DNA of 64,000 nt, taken from positions 10,896,213-10,960,212 of the forward strand of contig NC_134028.1 of the NCBI RefSeq assembly GCF_964204645.1. The letters run 5' to 3'. This stretch comes from Tubulanus polymorphus (lineage: Eukaryota; Animalia; Nemertea). A model generated the notes under the pieces. That model was not told where the DNA came from and searched no databases. It saw only the letters and a list, made by a program, of their open reading frames with translations. A program made the position numbers and the translations under genes. Of this stretch, positions 1 to 12,300 are shown piece after piece (the first letter of the stretch is position 1; every line of letters starts with the position of its first letter).

Positions 1-27
1 AAATATTTTAGTATTTATGACATTAAG

Positions 28-380
28 TTACCGAGATCACATTGCGATCAATTCAATATATTTCTTTGATTTCACCGAGATCAAAAGTTTATTTCACTTC
101 AGATTTCCGTTAAAAAATAAAATGTCTTTCATTTTTCATGATATTCGGTACAAATTACTTTGGAGAGTGCATTTACATTGTATTTTTCTCAATAAATTTC
201 AATTTTTTACAATAAATTTCAATGAATTCTGATCTCAGCTTAAAGTTATTTTTCTACAAAATATGAATCTAGAAGGTATTTATTACTGATATAACATGAT
301 TTCAAGTGTTAAAAGGGTTCAGAAATTGGCAAAAATGCTATATTTCATGTCATCTCGGTAAATTGTGTCATCTCGGTAAT
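28..380. mobile_element. Fragment of the AT-rich foldback/MITE family also at 26505-26888
   Basis: CTAGAAGGTATTTATTACTGATATAACATGATTTCAAGTGTTAAAA at ~268-313 is identical to ~26789-26835; ACCGAGAT/ATCTCGGT motifs recur in both orientations. Confidence 0.6.
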
Positions 381-3300
381 TAGGAGCACCCTTCACTGGG
401 ACGCTGCATTGCCAAAAAAATCACAGGGACTTGTCACAATTTGATGGAGGATGGATGTCGCGTTATTTTAGTTTTGTCGTAATGTCGCCCTCATTTGCAT
501 ATTCGTGTTTTTTACGCATGGCCCTTATCAGCCACCATAGTAATGGCTTTCGACTATCGTCATCGGCACTTCAATGTAGTCTTACAGCTTTAGTAGGGAT
601 TCACCCTGGGAACGAACCTGAAATCGTTGACTGCTGGATGTAAATACAAATAAACGTGCGTTTGTTTGTCCTGCTGGGCCGCTTACAGCGAATTCAATTA
701 AATGTTAGAGCGCTATCAATAACTTTAATTTTGCTCTTAAGGCGTTACCGTCGTCAAATATGCTGTCATTTATATGCTTTTATCACTAATTATAGCCTAC
801 ATTGTTTTTTTTACAATTATTTGAAAAAAATCAATGAAATGAAAAAAGATTATAATTAACACAGAATTTAGCCTTTCAGCAATTCAGTGATTCAGCGATG
901 TTAGAACATCCGCCAGTAACCTGTCTGTGATAAGGAACCATTCTGAAAAACTGAGCAATGGGTCTGTACCCCTCCAAGAACCATTCTGAAACGCCGGTAT
1001 GGACCGGCAACATGGTCAGAACATATCACTAAGTCCAATCATACTAATTTTGATCCAAAGATTGTGTATGAATGTCATAACCAATGTTTTGAACAACTCA
1101 GTGTGAGAGAACTGTGTCATGCACTGTTATGATGCTGTGCTGTGTAGGCTATCCTAAGTCAGTCAGGTCAGTAAATTACTAGATGTATAGTACGGTACTT
1201 CACTGTTAGATGGCAAACACATCTTTTTAAACCGAATTTTAGCCCGGGCTTAAAATGAACATTGTGACTCCCAATCTGTTTGAAACATGTAACTTGACGA
1301 TGGGAACAACTGGCATTAAGCACACACAAGGTCAACACAGTCAGGAACACTTTCCAAAAACGGCTTATTCTGCCAATTTGGCATTTGGGGAACAACGGCT
1401 AGGTACTAGACTAGCCCCTGACATGTGTCGTGAAAAAAATACACAAACCTTTTGCGCTTTCGACCATACCAAATTCACCTTACTCATTCTAAATGGTCTA
1501 ATAGTATCAGCAGAGTACTGCATTCCAGACGCGATGATTCTGTTCAGGAATAGGACACACATGATAAAACACAATAAGCGAAGCATTGTACCCAAATTGC
1601 GTACCGGTTGTTGAGCTCAGACCACTATTCCAAAATCTTCTATATCCTATAGCAAAAACAAGAAATTCGAGAGTTTAGTTCATATATAAGCGCGTAAATT
1701 TGGGGGAAATCCTGCTTTTGGCTCATAGGCCAGCATCTTAGCTACGCATTGAAGTGGTTTTCGCCCAGGGGGCCTACATTGAGAGAATGTTTGAAGAAAG
1801 AAAGGTCCTTTAGAAATAGGTGATACAAAATTCTCTGAGACACACAATTTTCAGAACAAAGTTGCTATATTTACGGCGTCGTAGCCGTATAGCAGTAGTA
1901 AATTCTATATTTACGACGGTTTTATATTGACATTGGGATTATGGTCTAGAGAGGAGAGGATTAGTGTCAAGAGGGTGAGAAGAGGGTCCAGAGGGTTAGG
2001 GTTAGGGTCCGTTTTACCCCCTAGGGATAGGATTAGGGTAAGGTGAGGCTATATTTAGTTAAAACATTCGAGTGGTTTTCAGCGAGCTCGGTGGTCTAGT
2101 GCCAGTGGTATGATGCTGCGCTAGTAATTTACTGGCCCAGGTTAGGTATATTCATGTCCGCGCGGGGCACCACTATCGATTGTGACGACCATTATTGATT
2201 AGGAAAAGTGTGATGCGCGTTTTTACTACGCGTTTTGACATCGCGTAGTAAAATCATTCATAAAACCTGTCTATCAATGCAAATGAGCTAAAATCTTTTG
2301 GAATCAACCAATAAGATCGATCTTTATCACTTGGGGGTTGGTTTAGTGTATAAATCCGCATTTTAGACGAAGAAAATAGAAATCGAAATATACCCTTTTT
2401 CAAGAGCAAAATTCGTCAGCTTAGGACCCGGAATAAGCGACGAATCATCAGGAATCGGAAGGTTTAGGATCTTAAAATTCAAATACTGAAGACCGCATGA
2501 TTTTATTTCGTGTCAGGGCTGAGCGATCGCTGCCGGAAAATTCAATGTCTAAGTTTTGCGTTGAAGCGAGCGATACAAAATGGTGGCCGGCACTTGTTAT
2601 TGAATGACGACGCGCCGCGCTGCTCGTGATGAGATCAATATTCAACAATTATTCATCGGTCTAGCGGTGAATTATTGTATTTATTTTCCGATTCATACTT
2701 ACTCATCACTATATTTCTGAATATTAGGACAGATTTAGCGAAATGATCGGCAAAAAAAATTTTTTTGGGGCGCGGATCGCCACTACGCTCCCGTCGGTAA
2801 AGCGGCTGTTGAAAGAGGGAGGCGTCTAACGGGATGAATTGAGGCTTGTGACGGGCAAAAATAGAGGCGCGTGATGGGACAGTGAGGCTCCCGAGGGGAT
2901 TTTCCAAAAGCAGCAAAATTGAAATATATATAAAATATTGTTGAAATTTAGCTCAAAACAAAACAAATGGATTATTATTTAGTTATTATTAGTAGTATTA
3001 TTACTTTTGCCTGGTTTATGTTTCTAAACTGATTGATTTTATTATGATATCATGAATATATTTCAAATTTCAGCGTTTTGAGCTAGGCCAAGCCTAATTT
3101 TCTGCTTTTCTTAACTAAAATCCATTTAGCAAATCATATATAAAATTGGTATATTTAAATCAATTTGCAATAGGAGCCTATGGCTATAGACCTAACTGAC
3201 AGGCCTTGATAATCATGTTCATTCATTTCAAAAATTATGTAGTGAAAAAAATAATTTCTTCTGAAATCATATCAATATTTCACATTTTTTCTTGCCGTTA

Positions 3301-3797
3301 CCATGGAAATCTAATAATGATAATCTATATAATAATAGATATTCCTAGATAAACTTGGGCAAACATGAACTATTGATAACTAGTTATTCTATCCCCTTTC
3401 TACATCATAACTTTTGATCTAACATCGATATTTTCATTATTTTACCATTTTTCGGCTGGTTTCCATGGAAACCATAGGCATTTGGAATCAGATAAAAATT
3501 TTGGGTCTTTCAACTGTCACCTGAAAGTGCTATGAGTGTATTGCTCTTTAAATTTCTAGTCTATCTCTTTTAGTTTAAGAGATATTGAAGTTTGTTTACA
3601 ATTCAATTCAAATTCAATTCAAAATATCTTTATTATTCCGTAATGCTTTACATTATTGGTTTTGCACAATAAAGATGAGAAAAAAAAAGAAGAAGAAAAA
3701 CAGTATAAAATATGAGAAATTCCTTAACAGTATTTACATTTTGTACATGATAGGAAATTATATACATATCTGGAATAGTTAGGTATTGTTTCTTTAT

Positions 3798-6700
3798 TCA
3801 CAGCGGGTTTGTTTTGCTAAGCCAAATATATTTGCCAAGGTTATGAGCCATCAGGGGTGAAGACATAATGGTGATAAATTTGTTTTCAGGGGTTGTAAAT
3901 TTCTGTTCGGAAAAATGGGTATCAAAACATTTAATTAGTTCAACTCTGTAGCTATCAAATTTGGTACACTGCATAATAAAATGGAATTCGTCTTCAATTA
4001 TATTACATGAGGTGCATAACCTATTTTCCCTTGGGAGGCCAGAATGCCTACCCCTTTCTATTAACAGATGGTGAGCACTCAGTCGCATTCTTGTGACTTC
4101 GGATTTATAGGTTTTGTTGATGCTCATTGATAGATAGTGTTCCATGCTGAATTCAGATTTAATTTGGCAGTAGCATTTCAATTTGCTAAATTGGAGGATT
4201 TTTTGTTTCCAAAATATTTTGTATCTCTCAGTTAGGACGTGTCTTATAGATTTTGAGAGTTCAGCTAGTACTCTGTCAGTATCTAGCTTGATGTTCCTGT
4301 TCGTGGCTGTTAAAAGAGCATCAACAAAACTATTCCATGTACATTTTTTTGACATCATTTCTTTAAAGACTGTATTGATAAGATGACCTTTTCGTGCGCA
4401 AGCGTGTTCCCAGTATCTAATGACTTGAGTACAGGCATTGATGTACATAGGCAATCTCCCTAGTACCCCTAGGACAGCTAGATTTGTTGTTTTTCGGTTA
4501 ACATTCAGAATAAATTTACAGAATTTAATAATCAGTCCAGTTAGATGAGTATCACTGTCAAATGCTTGCTCAATACAATATGGTTTACCAGAGGTCATCT
4601 TCTTGCTTAATGTAATATTTGGCAGCCAAATTTCACAGCCGTATAAAGAAATGGGCATGACAAGGCTGTCGAAGAGTTTCAGAGAGATATCTGGTGAACA
4701 ATTTTGTATCCCTATCATTTTCATTATTGATAGCATGGCCCGGTTGGCAGTGTTGTAGAGTATTTCTTTTGCTTTTTTGAATGAACCGTTGGCTGTAAAA
4801 ATTAATCCCAAATATTTGAATTCTTTAACAATTTCAACACTCTTCCCATTTATATCGAATTCAACATTGATTGGAATTTGCCCCTTTTTGTTAAAGATTA
4901 TAACTTTACTCTTAACAGGGTTGATACTGAGTTTCCATTTTGAGCAGTAGTTAGAAAATTTATCCATACATTTCTGAAGACCTTCTTTCGAATTCGATAC
5001 AATGACCAGGTCGTCGGCATAAGAGATAGTTAATAAATGTTTCGCCAAGTAGCCTAGTACAGGATCACAAAATTCATCAAATATATCGGCGACATCATTT
5101 ATGAAGACATTAAAGAGTAACGGGCTTAAAATATTACCCTGTTGTACACCATTGTGACACTGGAAAGGCTGTGATGTGGAGTTTTCATTAATCTTTAGGC
5201 TCCACGAAATATTTTGATACATACTTTCGATAAGTCTGGTGAACCTCTTTCCAAGAGCTAAATTGCTAATTTTGTGGATCAGTCCCTCATGCCATATTGA
5301 GTCAAATGCTTTTTTAAGATCGATAAAGCATGTATATAATTTTTCCGAGGCACTAAGTTTCATCTGAATAAGTCTTTGGAGTGTGAAAAGGTGGTCTGTT
5401 GTTCGGCATTTAGGCATAAATCCAATTTGGTTTTTGGTGATAACATTTTTGGTCTCCAGGTATGACATAAGCCGATTGTTCAATACTGAAGAGAATAATT
5501 TGCCGAGACAGCTGTTTAGGGTTATGCCCCTATAGTTATCTGGGTTGCATTTGTCTCCATTTTTATGGATTGGTACTATCAACCCTTCAGCCCATTGATG
5601 CGGGAAGTGCCCGCTTGAATACACAAAGTTGAATAGTTTGGCCAGTGGGTGAATCAGGATATCAATGCCATATTTCAAAATCTCATTTGTTATACCATCA
5701 AGACCAGGCGATTTGTTGTTCTTTAGTTTCTGAACAGCAATTCGAATTTCTTTGTCGGTGATCAAGAAGTCTAATTCAGTGAATATATCATCATTTGACA
5801 AATTTTTAAGGGGATGTTTTTGCCTTGCATCATTTACATTATCTTGAAAAATTGATTTGAAATGATGAATGAATGGTTCCAGGTCATCAATAGAGTTACG
5901 TGAGGATCTGTTAGTGTTTGATAATTTTTTAACTTATTTCCAAAACTGTTTAGGATTCCTTTTCGCGTTTCTAAGTTCGTCAAATTGCCCCTGCCTAAAC
6001 TCAGCACGTTTAGACCTTAGAAGTTTGCGGTGGAGTTTTTTGCGCATAAAATATTTTTGCCTATTACATTGACTGGGGTATTTATGCAGGATCTTGCCGA
6101 AATGTCGAACTTTAGTTCTTGACCTTTCACATTCTCTATCAAACCACTGTTTGTTATCAGTTTTCATGGGGGGGTTAGGATGTCGTTGGGGTTCAGCTAC
6201 TTTTTCATTTAGGATTAGCATAAAATCGTTGACAACAGTATCTACAGTGTCATAGCTTGGGTTCAGAGATTGCCATACTGCATCTTCGCAGTAGTTTTGG
6301 AGTTTTGAGATGATGTCGTCGTTTGTCAGAATTTCTATGACGTCATCAGGGCTTTTAAACTTCGAGAATTGTCTGTTATTGAACTTTTTGGATTTACATT
6401 CACTGCGATTCCCTTCTCCCATATAGTGCGATTGGAAATCAATCCCAAAGCCTATTGCACTGTGATCTGATAATTCTGAGAATGATGTGTGGACATAGAA
6501 GTATTGAACCAGGGGAAAAATAGTGTCGTTTACAATTGCCAAATCAACAACACTGCTACCATTCCACTGATGGCATGTAAACTCCCCGAAATGATCACCT
6601 GGGGTCCTGCCATTTAGGATGCACAGGTTATTTGTTTTACATAAGTTAATCATATTTTTACCCATCTTATTTACTGTTTTGTCTTTACTTTTCCGTTTTT

Positions 6701-7302
6701 TCAGTATTGGTATGTCTAGATCTATACTAACCATATTTGGTATATATTTGTCATCTGGATTAATTGAACTTATGTCAGATACCTCCCCAATTCTAGCGTT
6801 AAAATCACCCGTAATTATTACATTGCCCTGGCTCGCATATTTTAAATACTCTAATTCAAGTAGGCCCTAATTGAAAAGTGTCATCCGAATTTTTGTTACC
6901 AAAGGTAGAATTTGTTGGGCTGATATAACATGATGCAATGAAAAGGGGAGTATTCGAGTTCTGCCCTGTACTGTCTTGGACTTTCAGCCAAATAATTTCA
7001 GATGAAGGTTGTTCAATTACTTTTACACAATTTTTGAGATGATTTTTACATAGTATCATTATACCACCAGAATTGCGCCTAGCATTTTCACCGCGATTTC
7101 TGGTGACCTGGTAGTTGAAATAGCCAGGTACCTGGATGTCATCGGATTCAGAGGAATGGGTTTCAGTTAGACAAATGATGTCGTACGGTTTGATTTGATC
7201 CAGAAATAGTTTGTCTTCAATTTTGTTATGATAATGACTGACCAGGCCCTGGATATTCCATGTACAAACATGCAACATAACTCTATCGGACCTTGGAATC
7301 AT
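3798..7302 (-). pseudogene. LINE ORF2 (APE endonuclease - reverse transcriptase - C-terminal CCHC), ~1165 aa when repaired
   Basis: Motifs TWNIQGL, CLTETH, ITGDFNAR, VVDL, SDH (EN); NYRGITL, FIDLKKAFD, GVQQGNILSPLLF, YADD, YLG (RT). Two lesions: 7-nt insertion at 6861-6869 and in-frame TAA at 5934-5936. Confidence 0.93.
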
Positions 7303-7344
7303 ATTGGTTGTTCCGAGATCAGACTACACGTAATATAGTGAATA

Positions 7345-9337
7345 TTATTTTCCAAAAAGTCCGAGTGATGAGCGTGTGGTTACAGCCAAGTTTCTAGCGA
7401 AGGATCGGATTCCTTGCCCGTCGTTAAAGTGTACATTGTCCATGAAGAGTCGTTTGTTGTTTAGGTTCTCATGTCTGCAGACGTATGCGTTAGAATCTTT
7501 AGCGGCCATACTTTCTATGATGGCGTTAAATAGTCTCGACTTTACACTCCGGATATCGGCGTTTAATCATGTTTATGAGGTCGATCATTGTTGTTACGCA
7601 CTCGTCCGCGCAGTTAGTGTTTCGAATATCATTTGTCCCAACATGTAGTATGATACAATTCGGGTCGTATGTATCTGGGAGACTGTCGATCACGTTTGCA
7701 GCTTCAGTAATTGTGTACGCCCGGATTTTTTCTACTTCGCAACTGTCTTTCACAAACCTCCTTTCGTTAAGGTATTTCAAGTTTGACTCACCGATTACAA
7801 GTACACTTTTCTTTGATCGCGATTGTATGTGTTCAGACCGGTGACTGTTCCCATCGTGCGGGTAGCTATCTTGGTGGCTTACCGACGACTTTCTTTCGCC
7901 CGAATAGTTTTTTCCGTGGTCATGCTCGCCGATTGGTATATCTGGTCTGTGTGTGTCCCGCGGTTTACGTATCTGTACGGTAGTTTTAGCATTCGTATGC
8001 AAATAGTCGGTAGTGTCCTCTTTTTTGTTTAGCATATTCGCGACACGGTTTATACTAGAGTTTTGTTCCTCCATATTTGCCTTCATATCGTGTAGATCTT
8101 GCTTTAGAGTATCTGTATTGTGTGTTGATTGTAAGATATCGCGGATTCTCGAATCGTTTCTATCCAAAATTTTTCGGACAGTTTCTGTGGTTTTAATCAT
8201 GTCTGGAATGTTTTCACAATATTGCGATACATTATCAATCCTCTGCGCACAGTTGTCAAGCTTATCGTTGATGCCTCGTAACTGACTAGTTCTCGCGCAC
8301 TGGCTGACTTCCTGTGTTAGTGATACTATTGCTGCCTGTATGGTCTGAAACATTTGTATGATGTCTTCCCCATCCAGAAGAGTCTCTTTCGTTTGGCACG
8401 CAGCAGTTGTTGTTGGTTCAGTCGCTATCTGTTTGGTGATAGTATCTGCGGCCTCCGGGTTTACAGCAATCTCGCACATAGTGGCAGCATCACAGTATGA
8501 TTTGATATTCGTCACATCAGTTTTTTTGGAAGGCCTGCACTTAGGACACATGTACAGATCATCAATGTTTTGCACTAGGTTTTCTACCTGGTCCTTCGGT
8601 AGTTTGGTACATTTGAAGTGCGTCCAGTTTTCGCACAGAGAACACTGGATCATCTGCGTGTTATCTGGATCATTACACTCGATACAGTTATTCTTTGTTG
8701 CCTTGGTAGGGCTGGCAATCGATAGACGCTTTAGTTGTCCCCTTTGAGTAATTCTGTTCTGGATATCATGGAAGTGTTCGTTCATCCATAGGAGATACGA
8801 GTTTCCTTGGACGTGTAGTTTGGGTGATTTGGCTGTCTTTCCTTTTGCTGACCCACGGTACAGGGTGATATGGACCGATCCAAGCGAATTTTCATTACTA
8901 CCCTTGTAGATCGATGAGAAGTGAAGGCCGTGTGCTCCCCTGTCAACAGGGTTACCATACATTTCACGTAGAACGATTATATACGCAGCAGTTTTTTCCG
9001 TATCAAATTCAATAACCATAGAGTTTGATTTTTCATCAATGTTGACGTTGTTCTCGGGGGTTGTACTGGTCCTGGTCGACGCTCTTGAACTTTTAAGTTT
9101 GTCTCTGAGATAGATATAGGCTCGATTAAGCTGTTGAAATTGTTCAGTTGCCTCGGCAGCTACGTTTTTATCCGGATGAAGCTGCTTTGCTAAGTTTATG
9201 TACTGTGTTCTCAGTTCTTCTAAGGAGTTGGGTGTGCTCGATAGCTTGAGGACGGATAGAATCCCTTTGATGTCGGATTTCGTCATAGTCGTTTCTCGCG
9301 GTTTCTTGTTGTTGTTATTGTTAATGGGCGCCGCCAT
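7345..9337 (-). pseudogene. LINE ORF1: J-domain + unknown alpha/beta domain + PHD finger + coiled coil + SGNH esterase
   Basis: ATG at 9337 (AAGATGGCG); J-domain with HPD at 9170-9178; C4HC3 PHD ~8537-8686; VLVIGESN, LHVGTND and, after a frameshifting deletion near 7540, DNVHFN, ending at TAA 7345-7347. Confidence 0.85.
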
Positions 9338-12300
9338 CTTGGATTTATATCTCCGATCGTTCTGGTATTTAAACAATGCCTTAAAACTCTTGAATACACT
9401 CACGTTTCTTGTTGGTTAGCTTATAACTATTCTCGAGTATCTTGTCTTATAAGCTGTTGCAGTTTTAGGTAACTGTGTTGGTTAATTCGTTGGTAATTTT
9501 TGACTTTCTTAGAGTAGACTCAATTAACCCGCCATCGCTCTGGTGGCGCCACCACTGTTACATGAAATATTGCCTTCTTAGATCACAGTTTTTGTGTATT
9601 GAAACATGAAGACACTTTTCGCTCAAATTTTCAAACTTCAATTTACGATATCTCGAAAACTACTGAAGATAATTCAAAAATTTAAAAAGCATATTGTTAT
9701 TTGAGCACTCCCCATTCCAACAAGCTTTCTTTCAGTAAGATTGGAGCTATTTGAATTTTTTATGGATATAGCTACCCGGGTTCGAGTCTCGCTCTATCCG
9801 CTCTATTTTCTCCAACTCTTGATTTTTCTAAGTCATGCACCCTAGTGCGCATGCGCAACGCGAAATAGCCAATCAGAATGAAACGTCGTAAACTTGACTA
9901 GTAAAATCTTTCGTAAAATCTGCGAAATGATGTTTCAATGTCTAAGAAGGCCGAATCCCCCACCGTGTTTGGTACCCTTACTCCTAGTTAGTTACCTAAT
10001 CGTTGGTGGTAAGCTTTTTATAATCAGATGGGCTTATACCAACGTTAGGGATGACAAGGACCAAAACACGGTTGAAAAAAGTAACACTTCAAAAATATAC
10101 TTTCTATTCACTTCAGTCCACAATTAATGGCTTAATTCACAAACTAACACAGGTACCTTCCGAAATAATCCAATTTTATGTATGTTTCGAGTGGTTAATG
10201 AACATTATTTTGAGAAATTAATTAATTTCTCCACCAATTTCGCCATTGGCCGCCATTTCTCTGTATTGCACATGTGGCATGATAAGACAAGGGGACCTAC
10301 AAGGATTTATATAAAACTTCCAAGACGAAACGACAATTTTTATTTTTGATGGTTTTCCAATCTATATTTCAGATCTTCGTGTTTTCCATAATAAATAATG
10401 AAATAATAAATTCTGGTATAAGAAAAATGTGAATAAGTGTTGATTTCTTAATTTTTTTCAATTTCGTCGTTTCGCTTCGTTAGTTTGTGCTGTTGTCCTG
10501 GCCTCAGTCCACAGGTGCCAGCACCTCCAGTAATTTTTAAAATGGCAGCTGTTGACCCGACGGAAATTTACTCTCACTTTACGGCCGATTTGCACATGGA
10601 TTAAGATCGTCAGGTGAGGTGTTATAGGTATCAGACAAACTACGAATCTGTTGTGCGTCGATTACAACAAAAATTGGACGGATATCTTAAGAGACAATGA
10701 AATGCCAGGCAAATTACTCGTCAGTCAAATTGGCTGACGAAGATTTCATACAAAAGTGACCTTCCCATTCCTGACTGTGGTTTGTGAAAATATCCGATTG
10801 TGAAACTAAACCACAGACAGGTTACTGACTACCTTACTCCTCCAAGCAAAAAAGTCCACGGAATCCCTTATTTCATCATCGATCTGTCTCCAGGATCAAT
10901 GGATTTCATCTGTTCATACATAGGCCTAACCGAAATTCGTTACCTCTTATCTATCCCATTTGCAGGTACTATTTTTGGTTCGGCCCTACGCCTCTTTAAG
11001 CTACTAACCTCATTGTGGTCTGATGTCTGTTTGCGTTGCAAAGTCATCCACACACAACCACACGGCCTTGAAATTCGCTTAATAGTCCCACTTTTACCGC
11101 AATCGTTTTATAGACGGTCTAGACTGGTTGCCTGTCCCATTCTCTATTCTAATTGAAGATGTTACGCCCCAAGTGAGAATACAACCCAAGTTGAAATATA
11201 GTTGCATCTAAAATCCGAACTCCGCTACGACTGAAACGCTGATGTGTTAGTTAATTAGATGGCGCCAGCTACCGGTGCAAAAATAGTCGAGGCTCGAATT
11301 TATCCTTTTTTCACCAGGTTTTTGAACTGATCAAAACAGTAAGCTCATATCGATATGAAATCTTTAATTAACTAAAATTCACACAATTCATTCTATATTT
11401 AAACTTGACATGGAGTGTCTGATTTTTGGGCATTCCATATCACTTTCCGAGTAGGCATAGTATAGTGTTCCTGGACCCCTTTAAAAATGTACTCTGAAAA
11501 AAGAATATTCTCTATTTTGTTATGTCATTGAAGATTCTCTTCTATGGTTGTGCCAACGCAACTTCTTCTAATTTTGATTCCATGTGTGAATTTGCATAAT
11601 TGATTTGCATTTTGCAGGTATGAACTTGTATTGAATATTCAAACATTTTTGTCCATTTGAGGATTATGAGTGTCCATAGATGGAATCAGGTTTCTTTTTA
11701 ACGTTTTCATTACACTTTGATGTGTTGTCTTGATGCCTTTCCTAGGGGCATCGTATAATTTTTATGGACTTTTGCTTTACTGAAGTCCATTTTTGCTCAT
11801 GTATGACACGTGCCTCCATTGGTACAAAATAACTTGCGAAAGAAGCTTAGTTTCTCATCTGAACTTTCAAAATGTTCAATGTTGTAATAATCTCTAACCC
11901 TCCTGCACCACCCTCCTGTAAGGTTTGTTAGAACTCTACAGCCGGTAAGTCTTAATAAATCTTCTTGAAAGTTTGTGTATGAGTTGGAACAGGTAAGAGG
12001 TGATATTGAAAATGGTGATCTATCAGCTAGATGATATGTCCAACATGACAGCCATGTCTGCCATCTTGAAATTTGGCACCATACAGCCTGCCAACCTATA
12101 TTGATTTCCTTGACCCTGGTGTATTAGCAGGTAAGAGGTCTACCCCTATTAAAATTGGTGACCACCAATTGTCTAATATTGCTGCTATATTATCCAATGT
12201 ATGATTTTCTTCATTTTCAATAATCATTAGCATTGTCACATGTTATATACCTGTAGAAATCTGTGACTAATGAGTATACTCTACACCAGGGGAGTTGAAA

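Larger units (their letters stand above)
3601..9557 (-). mobile_element. Near full-length non-LTR retrotransposon, RTEX-like clade
   Basis: ORF1 with PHD and SGNH esterase; ORF2 with APE endonuclease, RT and C-terminal 'LLIERGRH..RENRLC..C..IEDEFHFIMQC'; 3' AATAAA then (TTGAA)n tail at 3601-3620; candidate TSD TTACA at 3596-3600 and 9558-9562. Confidence 0.88.
2143..9774. mobile_element. Non-autonomous TIR DNA transposon with 7-bp TSD (hATw-like), ~1.7 kb plus nested LINE
   Basis: Ends TAGGTATATTCAT / ATGGATATAGCTA (11 of 13 inverted match); flanks CCCAGGT (2136-2142) and CCCGGGT (9775-9781). No transposase ORF seen. Confidence 0.7.
1909..9894 (+). mobile_element. Interrupted non-autonomous element with (TTAGGG)-like repeats and a tRNA-like segment (possibly Helentron-associated); outer host of the nested insertions
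   Basis: TTTACGACG (~1910) is inverted to CGTCGTAAA (~9884); GGGTTAGGGTTAGGG at 1993-2007; A-box-like GGTGGTCTAGT (~2090) and B-box GGTTCGAGTC (9779-9788) join up when 2143-9774 is removed. Family assignment is inference. Confidence 0.45.

Noticed and set aside
1993-2045. Telomere or interstitial telomeric array
   Set aside because: Only two perfect TTAGGG units, embedded in a dispersed element.
2081-2142. Functional (split) tRNA gene; also the B-box sites at ~22339, ~24996 and ~26282
   Set aside because: No complete cloverleaf or anticodon arm; all lie in repeats.
7526-9403. Independent host DNAJ gene
   Set aside because: Intronless, inside the LINE boundaries, directly upstream of ORF2 and fused to PHD and esterase typical of RTEX ORF1.
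2143-9774. Dada transposon
   Set aside because: Has terminal inverted repeats and no transposase; hATw-like fits better, though unproven.
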